A stretch of 61,650 nt of DNA, filler included, from Squatina squatina (taxonomy: Eukaryota): assembly GCA_031763465.1 (NCBI GenBank). It is 4 parts of 4 records of this genome, joined end to end, with 100 filler letters (N's around TTAATTAATTAA, not from the genome) between each part and the next. Parts side by side here need not be neighbours in the genome. Positions count along the whole stretch, not along the records: positions 1 to 14,438 come from JARFOE010000001.1; 3 more parts are not named here. One strand, 5' to 3'. Under the pieces are notes generated by a model, which saw only the letters and a program-made list of their open reading frames with translations, did no database searches and was not told where the DNA came from. Positions 1-11,340 of the stretch are shown in pieces. The stretch's first letter is position 1, and the number at the start of each line of letters is the position of its first letter. The position numbers and the translations under genes are program-made.

Positions 1-1377
1 CTTCCTTCCAGTCTGGGTTCAAAAAGACTTAGTTGCTGCGATAGTGAATCTTACTGTGTTACAAATTCTCTCTCATCACCACAAAAGGAGAAGAATAAAG
101 CAAGCACTGATATGTCCACACTGAACTCAGATACCATAACATCACCGAGTAGCTTTGTTTCAAATAAGGAGTGTGGAACAGTGTTTTTTCTACTGGGCTA
201 CACGGATGATGCAGATTGTTCTGGATCCTCAGAGAAATGTGAAATGAAAGCTGTGTGCCAAGAAAACAAAGAAGAATCATGTAAGATGTGTGAAAGCCAA
301 GGTAATCATATCAGAGATCAGACAGCAACTTCTAATGATTTGGAGCGCATGACATGGGACCATCTTTCCATTCCTGTCACTAAAGAGGTAGCCACTCAAA
401 GCATTCCTGCTCTTGAGGCACTCTCTGTGAAATTGGATTTACCAAAGAAGACAAAGCAGGTTTCCAATTTAAAGCAGCCTAGTACTGTTAGAGAGAAAGC
501 AATGGCCAGTCCAAAAACAACAGTGCATTGTTTCAGTAGTACNNNNNNNNNNNNNNNNNNNNNNNNNNNNNNNNNNNNNNNNNNNNNNNNNATAAGAAGG
601 ATTTTGCCAATATCAAAGTCAACTAGAAGATCAAATAGTGTTAAAAGACCGGATACTAAAACATTAAGCAGTGATGAACTAAAACAGTCTCAAAAGGCCT
701 CAGGGTCAAATAGGCGAGACAGCTACTCAAAGACTCCCTGTAGGTCCAGCTATCCAGTGGCAGATCAAAAGCCAACAAAAGGGACCATTGCTTCAGGTAG
801 CTCATCAAACAGTCTGCCAAAGCGGAAAGACTCCCTTAGAAAACCTAGTGCTAAACCAGTCCGAAATATCTCCAGGCCAAAGCCTGAGGAAAGCACTAAA
901 ATTTGTCGCTCAGCTACGAGAGGTTTCCCTAAGCCTACTACAGGCATAGGCGGAGCAACAGAACCTATGGAAAGAAATGACGTAGCCGTGCCAAATCCAA
1001 CTCCCAGTTTTGCCAGAAATACTGTGGCTTCCTCCTCTCGACGCCTGAGGGCAGACTCCAAACGGATCCCGAGCACGTCTCAACAAACCTCCAAGCTAGC
1101 AAATCGTACCAGAGCCGCTCCACAAAAGCAAACTGCGGCCAAGAGTATTGGAATAAATCTCACAAAGAGCAGTGAAAATGTTACTGTGAAAAGGGCAAGT
1201 AGCCAAAAACTGGTGAGCAAGCCTCAAGAGGAGAGTAAAGCACCAACATGCAAAACACAAACCAGTTACACAGGAAACAGTACTTTACTAAAATCTACAG
1301 AAAAGAAACATGTCCCAGGAGCAGACTCCAACAGAAACAGGAAAACCGCAGAAAGAGTAGTACTGAAATGGAAGTGA
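1..1377 (+). CDS. FHDC1: FH2 domain-containing protein 1 (inverted formin INF1), large terminal coding exon, 5'-partial
   Basis: Frame 1 is open from base 1 to TGA at 1375-1377, with an N gap at 543-591. The Ser/Thr/Lys-rich tail contains RKPSAKPVRNISRPKPEE..ICR and PSFARNTVASSSR, motifs I recognise from the FHDC1 C-terminal region. Confidence 0.85.
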   Translation, partial: LPSSLGSKRLSCCDSESYCVTNSLSSPQKEKNKASTDMSTLNSDTITSPSSFVSNKECGTVFFLLGYTDDADCSGSSEKCEMKAVCQENKEESCKMCESQGNHIRDQTATSNDLERMTWDHLSIPVTKEVATQSIPALEALSVKLDLPKKTKQVSNLKQPSTVREKAMASPKTTVHCFSSXXXXXXXXXXXXXXXXXIRRILPISKSTRRSNSVKRPDTKTLSSDELKQSQKASGSNRRDSYSKTPCRSSYPVADQKPTKGTIASGSSSNSLPKRKDSLRKPSAKPVRNISRPKPEESTKICRSATRGFPKPTTGIGGATEPMERNDVAVPNPTPSFARNTVASSSRRLRADSKRIPSTSQQTSKLANRTRAAPQKQTAAKSIGINLTKSSENVTVKRASSQKLVSKPQEESKAPTCKTQTSYTGNSTLLKSTEKKHVPGADSNRNRKTAERVVLKWK

Positions 1378-1937
1378 AATGCTCTTATCATGCGTAGATT
1401 AAGGCAGTAGCAAGTTAAAGATGGGTGTACCTTCCAGAAAAGGAAGTTCTCTCCTCATGAGCCTGCAGCTCAACTTTTCACTGGTGCATAATGCTGTTCC
1501 ACATCGCGCCAACCTGATAGCTCTTGCCTGTTCAAACGTTAGACTCCCAACCAGAGGGCTGGAATTTGAATTCCAGTGTTGACTGATACTCAAGCTTCAC
1601 TGCTGTAAAGCAGCCGATGTCAGCCAGGCTTCTGGAACTGTCCTCTGTGGCACCGGCAGGAGGTGGAGAAACTGCCACTACCAGCTCTGCCTTTTAGAAG
1701 TGCACATCTGCTATCCAGTCACTGAGTGAATCAATGCACGCAGAAATCCGTTGGCCAGATCCCACTTTTCATGGCAGCTGGAGGCAGGAGTTAAAGACCT
1801 AATGGGGGAAATAATAATCGTAATAGGAAATGAAATTNNNNNNNNNNNNNNNNNNNNNNNNNNNNNNNNNNNNNNNNNNNNNNNNNNNNNNNNNNNNNNN
1901 NNNNNNNNNNNNNNNNNNNNNNNNNNNNNNNNNNNNN

Positions 1938-2170
1938 TTTCAAATCTGCCATCACCACCCCTTTCCGTGCACGCCCACAGCTAGACATTTCATATTCTTC
2001 CCTATTCCTTGGCACTGCTTCCATCGCTTCCCTCTTCCTTTCCTTTTCACAGCACCACCTCTTCTTCATCTCCACCACTTTCTCTCCCTCATATAATCCT
2101 CTTCCAGCTCTCCCCTTCTCCTCGCCTTCATCCCTCACCGCTATCACCTCTCCCTCCCATCCCTATAGCT
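1938..2170. repeat. Pyrimidine-rich low-complexity tract
   Basis: C/T-rich sequence on the + strand. Confidence 0.6.
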
Positions 2171-2685
2171 CCTGTAACTCTTTTCAATCTGTAAATAGAA
2201 TGTATCTCTTTAAAATGTGCATCAATGTTAAATCTTCAAATCTCTAGAAGGTGCATATTTATCATTACGGTGGGCTGCTACTTTCTTTTTAAGGGAGTAG
2301 AGTACTGGTGCTAAGCATTAGATATGTATAGAGATACCAGTGAACGAAATAGTGGCCTGACATTTCCACTTGATTACATAGTTGCGGCACCATAATTTAT
2401 TTTTTTGTATTGTGATATGTATAATGTGTATAATACAAAGTGCATAGCAAAATCTGTACAGTAAATTCAATAGCTGGTTATTCATTAGTTAAAGCCTGCG
2501 GGTGGGACAACCACTCTTGTGTTCAGTCACTTCCACTAAGGGTTCACTATGATTGTAGGACTGATCAGAAATTGGAACTTGAGATTTTCATAGACCAGCG
2601 TGTGTGTGGCTTTGTTCTATTTACTGACACCTTCTATGGCTATAAAATGACATTCTTTGTCACAGTAATGGAAATAAGGCCTTAT

Positions 2686-3017
2686 GTTGCAGGAGTGCCC
2701 TGAGTGTATCTTGTTCACTAACCGGTTTTCAATTCTGGATACTGGTGGTGCAGCCAGAGCCAAGTCCATGGCACCATGGGTGGCTCAGCTGCACGGGGCG
2801 GGGAGGATGAAGAGTGGAAGAGCAATAGTGGTAGGAGATTCGATAGGGGAACAGACAGGTGCTTATGCAGCTGCAGACATGATTCCAGGATGGTATGTTG
2901 CCTCCCTGGTGCCAGGGTCAAGAACGCCACTGAGCAGCTGCTGAACATTTTGAGAGGGGAGGGTGAACAGCCAGAGGTCGTGATCCATGTTGCTATCAAC
3001 AACATAGGCAGAAAGAA
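2686..3017 (+). mobile_element. CR1-type LINE ORF1 (SGNH/esterase) fragment, frameshifted
   Basis: RAIVVGDSI followed in another frame by RGTDR..DSRMVCCLPGARV..GEGEQPEVVIHVAINNIGRK, the GDS..CLPGA..H-GTND pattern of CR1 ORF1 esterases. Confidence 0.85.
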
Positions 3018-6006
3018 NNNNNNNNNNNNNNNNNNNNNNNNNNNNNNNNNNNNNNNNNNNNNNNNNNNNNNNNNNNNNNNNNNNNNNNNNNNNNNNNNNN
3101 NNNNNNNNNNNNNNNNNGGTTGAACTGTCTTCCAGTAAGAATCCAATCTTGAATCAGCATTAAGCAGGTGTTAGCCTTGGTTGACCAGGGATCCCCAGCT
3201 GTCAGTGGCTGCTCTCATCCTGTGTCTGTTACTCATGATTAAGATTAAATCTAGGTCAACCCTAAGAGGCTTTTGACCTCTACGGCATGTGGGGCTTGCT
3301 GATTGAGGGTGTTTTAAGTCTTGGTGGTGCTATGTTTGTTGCTGTGGGTGGATTGTGCTATAAAAGCAGTTAATGGCCACAAAAAAGCCTTCAGTTCAGC
3401 TAATCTTAATATTTTGCCCAGTCATGCAATTTGAGACTTTCCATTCAGCTGATGGTTAATGCTTTATTCACAGTTCCCAGGAAGTAGGTCAGGGTGTGTC
3501 ATGTTTTATCAGTCAGGCTATGATGGACAAGCAGGCACTTGTAGAGGAACCATCTGGGTCACTGTCTGGAGCAACATATGAGGTGAGTGCCAGTGTTCCA
3601 CTTTCTGGTTGGTTTTGTTGCCCAGTTTGAATTTTACAGCTTGATTTTTCTTCAAGGACTCTGGTATATTAACTCGTGAGGATTGCTGACTCACTGCCTT
3701 CGGTGGGGCCGTTTGCCCAGCGAGCTCTGCCCGGAATGTGATAGCTGTCCCACTGAGATAAGTGCTGAGNNNNNNNNNNNNNNNNNNNNNNNNNNNNNNN
3801 NNNNNNNNNNNNNNNNNNNNNNNNNNNNNNNNNNNNNNNNNNNNNNNNNNNNNNNNNNNNNNNNNNNNNACTCTGCATCCTGTGATGCCAAAATTATTTT
3901 TGTACAAGCAGTCATTCTTGGGGAGAGAAATCATAGATATAATTATGTATGCTGTTTGTGTAATGTGTATTCTCCATGACCCTGATAGCTTTGTTCTTCA
4001 TCTGTAATATTCAGAATTCTGATATCGAGGCAGCTGCTTACTAAAGTCACAGGTCGGTCCTACCTTTAGTTAGATTAAGTAGGCCTATTTCCAATAATAT
4101 CTTTCCTTTAAGGAAAAGAAAATGCTCTTGTAGGAGGGAAGGCCTTTTTGTTGCCCTGTTAAACGGATACATGTATAATTGCCATGGAAACAGCCTAACT
4201 GAGGAGCAACTTGCTGCCCAGAGTTTCTATGGCAACTGCTCTGAAGAGAGAGGTCCTTCAGTGGGAAATGAGGTGAATATTAATGTCTTTTTTTTTAGCT
4301 ATATTGTTGCTGCATTACCTAGTAATGATTTTGTAAACCCCTCCTGCACATAAACAGCTGAGTTGGAGGACAGTGTCCTTACTGGAAAAGGGCCAAACCA
4401 ACTGACGTTACAAATGTAGGACGTTAGTAAGTGATCTTCAGTATTATAAAATTAAACTGCACACTTACGCCTGATATTTGTACGGTGCAATCTTCCATTC
4501 AATAGTTAGAGATATACTGGTGCACATTTCTCTTCCCCCAGGTAACCTTCCATCTTCCTTACACTGCAGGTAATTTCATTTTCATTATCTCTGCCCCCTC
4601 CCCCCTCTCAGAAGCATCATGACGTGGATATTAAAGCTGGCAGCTGCTCCATGGTACACATGGGAACAGAGCATATGGAAAACAGTAGATTTGAGGAAGC
4701 AGCTTTGTTGTGCTGTCGTGCTGAAAGCCAGAATTACAACTCTCTCTCTTTCCTTTTTTCCTTCTGTAATTAGCTTTTGCTGGATCAGTGCACAACTTTC
4801 ACTAGTACATTTCTAAATGTAAGTACGCTGGACTGTTTAATGCATTCAGACTGCAAATGTTTTTTGGGGGTTCCTGTGCAGTTCAGTCTGGCCAGGCAGA
4901 TGTTTTGTAGTGAGATTATGGAAAAGAAATTGGCAAATGAGCTGTGAAGTGGTTAATAGGGTGTGGCAGATGACTAGAATGTGTAGTTTTTTTTAAGTGG
5001 AAAACTAGACAGAAGGTGAATGGGTTTTAAGTGACTTTAAGAGTCTTAAATGCTACTAATACTGTCAGTATTTGAACCATGCTGTCCTCCTTCCTCAGCA
5101 ATCAGTAGGAGACTGCAGAGCACTGAGAGGAATAAAGAGGTCAAGTCTTAAAGATTACCTAAAAGCAGGAAGGAGTTAATAAAACAAAGGGGTGGTGTCA
5201 GCTAATATTTGAGTTTATTTAGGAAAAAAAACTCCGCCTTTCAGCCAGTGGTGTGGCTTTTAGTTCGGTCAGCACAGTACAACAATAAAGATGATTGGTA
5301 AGACGTGATTTGAATAAGCGATCGGCAGCTCTCTGCTGCGCTCAGAGAAAGGGATGCAGAGGAGGTTGCGGATACACACAGGCTTGGTCCATGCTGTTTG
5401 GAGGATGGGGTTAGTAGGTGCTTCCATTTTTATTGCGTTACTTTTCATGACAAGAGACACCTTTCAGTCGTGCTTTCCAGCTGATGGCCGAGATGCTGCT
5501 GCCCCTATGTGTCATGTAGGGTCAAAGAGCCATGAGCAAGAGTGCGTACATCAAAGCAAATCCAGATCATCATTTAAAATCTGTCACAACAGATGGGTGA
5601 GGTTTGTGCATTGCTGTATAATCCATACTGATAACCCACGGTCAGTGCTGATGCTCATTTCCTTCGTGTTCATTGATGTTGTTTCGCAATGTTGTTGTGC
5701 AATGCAATAGTAAGAGGCTTTACATAAAACTGAATAGATTGCGTTCGCTGAAATGATGTTAGATGTGACAGCAAAGATTGTCTGAGATGTGACCTATTTT
5801 TCTTCACTAAATGTACTGGCGTGTTCCTGTTGTACAGTCTTATCATAGTAAACATTTTTTAATTGAAAAATACAGTTATTGAAGCTGGATAGTTTTTCTT
5901 CATAGATTGTGAAAATGTTATCAGTCTTAGAAAAAAGGGATGGAGTAGAAATCTAACTTTAATCCTTAAGCAATATCGATCATTTTTGCTCTGTCTCTCT
6001 TTTCAT

Positions 6007-6026
6007 TATATATATATATATATATA
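6007..6026. repeat. (TA)n microsatellite
   Basis: Direct TA dinucleotide run. Confidence 0.9.
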
Positions 6027-6506
6027 CATTTAACTTTGTTAGCTTCCTACACATTTCATTTAAATAATACTCTCAGATTTGAGATCATAAAATCTCAGTG
6101 TTTGCTGTATTACAATCTCAAATATATAATCTCAAGTTGGTTAGCCCAGTGCAATTTCCTCTTGCAAAGTATTTTTGCAAGATTTTTGGGAGTTCCAAAA
6201 CCTCTGATTTTCTCCCCTGGTTTTTTTTTTCCTTCTGGTCTCTCCAGGCGTGTGTTTCTTGTGCTGAGTAGGCAGGTGACCAACCTGCTTCCAAGCTTCC
6301 AACTGAATTGGCCATTACGAGATGATGCCCACTGATGATGTCCACTCGAATTTTCTTCCCTCCTCATTGTGGCCCTTGCTCAGCACCTCCTGAGAGCAGC
6401 AGCTGCNNNNNNNNNNNNNNNNNNNNNNNNNNNNNNNNNNNNNNNNNNNNNNNNNNNNNNNNNNNNNNNNNNNNNNNNNNNNNNNNNNNNNNNNNNNNNN
6501 NNNNNN

Positions 6507-6859
6507 TTGAATACCTCTATCAAATCTCCTCTCAACCTTCTCTGCTTGAAGCAGAACACCACCAGCTTCTCCAGTCTATCCACGTATCTGAAGTGCCTCA
6601 TCCCTGGACCCATTTTTGTAAATCTGTTCTGCACCCTCTCTAAGGCCTTCACATCCTTCCTAAAGTGCAGTGCCCAGAATTGGTACAATACTCAAGTTGA
6701 GGCCAAACCAATCTTTTACAAAGGTTCATCATAACTTCATTGCTTTTGTACTCCAGGCCTCTATTTATAAAGCCCAAGATTCTGTATGCTTTTTAACTGC
6801 TTTCTCAAATTGCTCTGCCACTTTCAATGATTTGTGCACACATACCCCTAGGTCTCTCT
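6507..6859 (-). mobile_element. CR1 LINE ORF2 C-terminal fragment
   Basis: QFWALHFRKDVKALERVQNRFTKM..RLEKL..RRLRGDLIEVF is the typical CR1 post-RT motif. Confidence 0.9.
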
Positions 6860-7824
6860 GGAGCACGTTCAGAGGCTGAGCTCCAAACCATCGTTGATTC
6901 ATTCACTGAGGCGTATGAGAGAATGGGCCTTACACGAAACATTCAAAAGATAAAAAGGTCCTTTACCAGCCTGCCCCCCGACTATCAAGATCCACGGTGA
7001 GCCCTTGGATAACGTGGATCACTTTCCATACCTTGGGAGCCTCCTCTCAGCGAGGGTAGACATAGACGATGAAACCCAACACCGACTCCAGTGTGCCAGT
7101 ACAGCCTTCGGCTGCCTGAGGAAAAGAGTATTTGAAGATAAAGACCTCAAGCTCGGTACCAAGCTCATGGGCTACAGGGCAGCAGTGATACCCGCCTACC
7201 TGTATGCGTCGGAGACATGGACAATGTACCGTAGACACCTCAAAGCAATGGAGAAGTATGATCAACGCTGCTTCCGCAAAATCCTGCAAATCCACTGGCA
7301 GGTTAGGCGTACCAATGTCAGCGTCCTCTCTCAGGCCAACATGCCCAGCATTGAGGCACTGATCACGCTCAACCAGCTGCGATGGGTGGGGCACATCGGC
7401 CGCATGCCTGATACAAGACTCCCGAAAAAAAGCACTCTACTCCGAGCTTCGTCACAGCAAGCGATTACTGGGAGGGCAGAGGAAATGCGTCAAGGATGTC
7501 CTCAAAGCCTCCCTGAAAAAATGTAACATCCCCACCGACTCATGGAAATCTCTGGCCCAAGACCGCCCGAACTGGAGGAGAAACATCCTCAAAGGCACCA
7601 ACCACTTTGAGCTTCTCCGGCGGGAACGCCTGGAGGCCAAGCACAGGCAGTAGAAGGAACGCGCTGAAACTTGAGCATCCTACCCACTCGCCCCATCAAA
7701 TACCACCTGCCGCACCTTTGGTAGTGTTTTCGGATCCCATGTAGGACTATTTAGTCACCTCAGAACCCACAACTCCGGAGTGGAAGCAAATTATCCTCGA
7801 CCCCGAGGGACTGCTTAAGAAGGA
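6860..7824 (+). mobile_element. RTE-clade LINE, 5'-truncated, with 3' end
   Basis: ELQTIVDSFTEAYERMGL..VDHFPYLGS..LYASETWT..QLRWVGHIGRMPDTRLPKK, then in another frame DVLKASLKKCNIPTDSWKSLAQDRPNWR. Few frameshifts; directly abuts the CR1 fragment. Confidence 0.9.
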
Positions 7825-9929
7825 AGGTTTGGTGATGGTGAGGCAACTTAGTGTCACTGCTATTGGCTTAATTAAAAAGCCCAGAGTTCCTCAACTTAAT
7901 AAGCCCTTTGACCTACAGGTCTACAACAACAACAAAAACACCATTATCTGATCAAAGCTGTATGAGGATCCATTGAAAAGAAATAGGGATTAGCATGAGA
8001 ATGGGCAGGCAGTGGCGAGGTGCACTCACACTTAAATGCGTAGTAGGCACAACTAATAGTTCCACAAGCTCATTAAATTTTAATGAGTGCTTTAACCCTC
8101 ATTTGGCAACGAGCAGCTGGGCATTCATCTGGTGCTGTGGCTAAGCACCCATCTTCTTTCAAAGGTTGTTTTAAAGAGTCTCCAATTAACAGTGAGGTTG
8201 AGAAGGAATCAACAAAGTGATTGTTGCCTCTCTTCTGTGGCTACATTCGCGCCCGGGTATCCCTAGAGATGGAACCGGAAAGACTGGAGTGCATCATCAC
8301 AACTGGGAATAGAGTTTTAATTTAATTTGTTAAGTTTTCTTTTAATTTTTTTTAAGTTACAGTTTTTGTTGTGCCAGGGGGCACGTGCTGAACTTTAAAT
8401 AGGCAATTGCCTGTAAGAAGACAAATCAACAAAGCGATTGCCTACAAAATATATTTCGGAATGGTGGGCGGCCAATTCGGCCATTNNNNNNNNNNNNNNN
8501 NNNNNNNNNNNNNNNNNNNNNNNNNNNNNNNNNNNNNNNNNNNNNNNNNNNNNNNNNNNNNNNNNNNNNNNNNNNNNNNNNNNNNNNNNNNNNNNNNNNN
8601 NNNNNNNNNNNNNNNNNNNNNNNNNNNNNNNNNNNNNNNNNNNNNNNNNNNNNNNNNNNNNNNNNNNNNNNNNNNNNNNNNNNNNNNNNNNNNNNNNNNN
8701 NNNNNNNNNNNNNNNNNNNNNNNNNNNNNNNNNNNNNNNNNNNNNNNNNNNNNNNNNNNNNNNNNNNNNNNNNNNNNNNNNNNNNNNNNNNNNNNNNNNN
8801 NNNNNNNNNNNNNNNNNNNNNNNNNNNNNNNNNNNNNNNNNNNNNNNNNNNNNNNNNNNNNNNNNNNNNNNNNNNNNNNNNNNNNNNNNNNNNNNNNNNN
8901 NNNNNNNNNNNNNNNNNNNNNNNNNNNNNNNNNNNNNNNNNNNNNNNNNNNNNNNNNNNNNNNNNNNNNNNNNNNNNNNNNNNNNNNNNNNNNNNNNNNN
9001 NNNNNNNNNNNNNNNNNNNNNNNNNNNNNNNNNATTCTGCGGGATCAAAGCACACTGGCATCTTGAGCTGGCAGGCATTGTCCCATTGATTGTGGATTGC
9101 CTTTTGATGTCCTTTTTAATTGAAATGAGATTCTAAAACAAACGCTAACTTTTCCAGTTGCAGCTGTTAGCACACCAGACTCTGGGGTAGGGGCTTATTG
9201 TTGGTGATTGATAAAGCCCACTGGGCTGTATTGACCTTGCTGACATTGTGGGCCTACCTCAGTAGAGACTCTGGGTGGAACCTCACTATTGCTGTTGATG
9301 CCGGTAGGGTAAGACACTAATAGCTACCCACTGTGGTAGGTAACATGTATTTATGCAGAGCAATGTGTCACTGAGCAGTGTGGGATAAATATGCAATTTT
9401 CTGTTTCTAGGCCTTTCTGGCACGCTGACGTTCTGCATCTCCCTCTTTGATCCAGAACATTTAGGAAGGAAGCTAAACAATCTAATGATAATTAAAGAGG
9501 CAGTGGCTCCATGAAAAGGTATAGTGGAAACCTTGTGGAGAAGGGACCTGTGACATTTTTGTCACAACGACATCACTCACAATGACAATGAATCATGACT
9601 TGCTTTTATGAGCAAACGGATAAAGGATTCCCAAACAGTTTTTCATGATGACAGTGTTCCTTTAAAGGGATGATTATCCTCCACTGCAAGTGTTTTTTAT
9701 AAAGTGGAATTGTAGCTAAAGGTATTGTGAATGCCCTGCCTCGCTAAAGATAAGGGTCCTGTTTATATGTTATTTATTTTGATGGGGAAAAAAAGAGAGC
9801 CAGTGAGACAAAACCAAGGTTGAAGTGAAGGTTCTTGAGTAGGCTTTTAAGGAAGGGAGAGATGTAATAGGGAGGAGCTGCTGGGGTAGAGCATTTCAGA
9901 GGGCAGGGATGACTTAGATGACTTAGGGG

Positions 9930-10440
9930 TATGCCATTTATTGCCTCAAGCCTGTTCTGCCATTCAATTAGATTATTGCTGATCTGTATCTTAACTCCAT
10001 TTACCCGGCTTGGTTCCTTATCCCTTAATATTCTTACCTAACAAAAATCTATCAGTTTTGAAACCATCAATTGAACTAGCCTCAACAGCTATTTGGGGGA
10101 GAGAGTTCCAGATTTCCCCTTCCCTTTGTGTGAAGAAGTGCTTCCCTGACATCACCTCTGAATGGCCTAGCACTAATTTTAAGGTTATGTCCCCTTGTTC
10201 TAGACTGCCCCCACCAGAGGAAATAGTTTCTCTCTATTGATCCTATCAAATTCTTTAATCATGTTGAACACCTCAATTAGATCACCTCTTAATATTCTAT
10301 ACTCAAGGTACAAGCTTAGCCTATGCAACCTATCTTCATAATTTAACTGTTTTAGCCACAGTATCATTCTGGTGAATCTGTGCTGGAACCCCGTCCAGGG
10401 CCAGTATATCCTTCCTGAGGTGTGGTACCCAGAACTGGCA
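9930..10440 (-). mobile_element. CR1 LINE 3' end, degenerate
   Basis: Same family as the copy at 48690-49290 (shared ..ctgtatct(t/c)aactccatttaccc.. and ..ccttgtgtgaa.. segments). Confidence 0.75.
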
Positions 10441-10449
10441 TATGGCTGA

Positions 10450-11110
10450 AGGGGTGATCACCACTGGAGTGGATGGGAGAAAAGAAGGAATAGTTTAATG
10501 ATGTGTGCACGGATGTACAGCTAGAGGTTGGTGCAGTGAGCCCTTGAAAAGATTCCAAGGCAAGGTTGAGGATCTTAAAGCTAACTTGAGGCCAATGATG
10601 TGAAGACGTTTGCAAGAGCCAAAGAGGATTGTTTCAATTTTGCCAAGGAGGTATGAAGATTTTAATGTTGGACAGGCAGTTAGAGAGAGTGGCAGAGCTG
10701 ATGTAATTGGCTTAAATGTGCAAGCTGACCTTATGCTTCTGGATGCTGTCAAGAGGTAGCATATAAATGATATAAAAGAAGAGTAGGCTAAGGATAGAAT
10801 GCTGAGGTACACTAAAGGCAATCATGCCAGCATTCAAGGAGAAGCCTATTCAAGGTGATATAAAGCCTATGATATGACAGGAAGGAGCGGAATAATGAAA
10901 GAATAGTACCCTAAAGGTGGATTCTGGAACAGAGGCATTTGAAGTGGATACTGTGTTTAACAGTGTTGAAAGCAGTGAAAAGGTAAAGGAGCATCAGAAG
11001 GCGACAGGAAGCTGTGATCACAATCACACAGAATGTTATTTGTGACTTCAACCAGCACAATTTCTGTGGTTTGAGGACCACAGTAGACAAGTGAAGGGTC
11101 CCAAACACGG
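10450..11110 (-). mobile_element. L2-like LINE reverse transcriptase remnant
   Basis: TEIVLVEVTNNILCDCD and LLYLFTAFNTVKHSI resemble the STETALxKVxNDIL..LLDLSAAFDTVDHxIL motifs; many stops and frameshifts. Confidence 0.65.
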
Positions 11111-11149
11111 ATTGACAGAAGCTCAGATATAGCTGGAACCTTTTCAGCT

Positions 11150-11340
11150 ATAGGATAATGGAATTCTATCATAATTTACCAGGGAAAGGCATCAAAGCAG
11201 ACAGTGTCCATGGGTTCAAGAGGCAAATAGATGTGTTTCTGGAGAGAGAAGTAATAGATGGATATGGTGAGAATGATGGGAGGTGGGATTGATTTATTAA
11301 TGAGGGATTGGTTTGTTGGGTAAAATGGCTATTTTCTTTT
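11150..11340 (+). mobile_element. CR1 3'-end fragment, old
   Basis: ..gggttcaagaggcaaatagatgtgtttctgg..gatggatatgg.. (FKRQIDVFL..GYG). Confidence 0.55.

Noticed and set aside
8395-9136. Long ORFs of 200+ aa (also 52907-53212 and 53818-54624)
   Set aside because: Made almost entirely of N; not real coding sequence.
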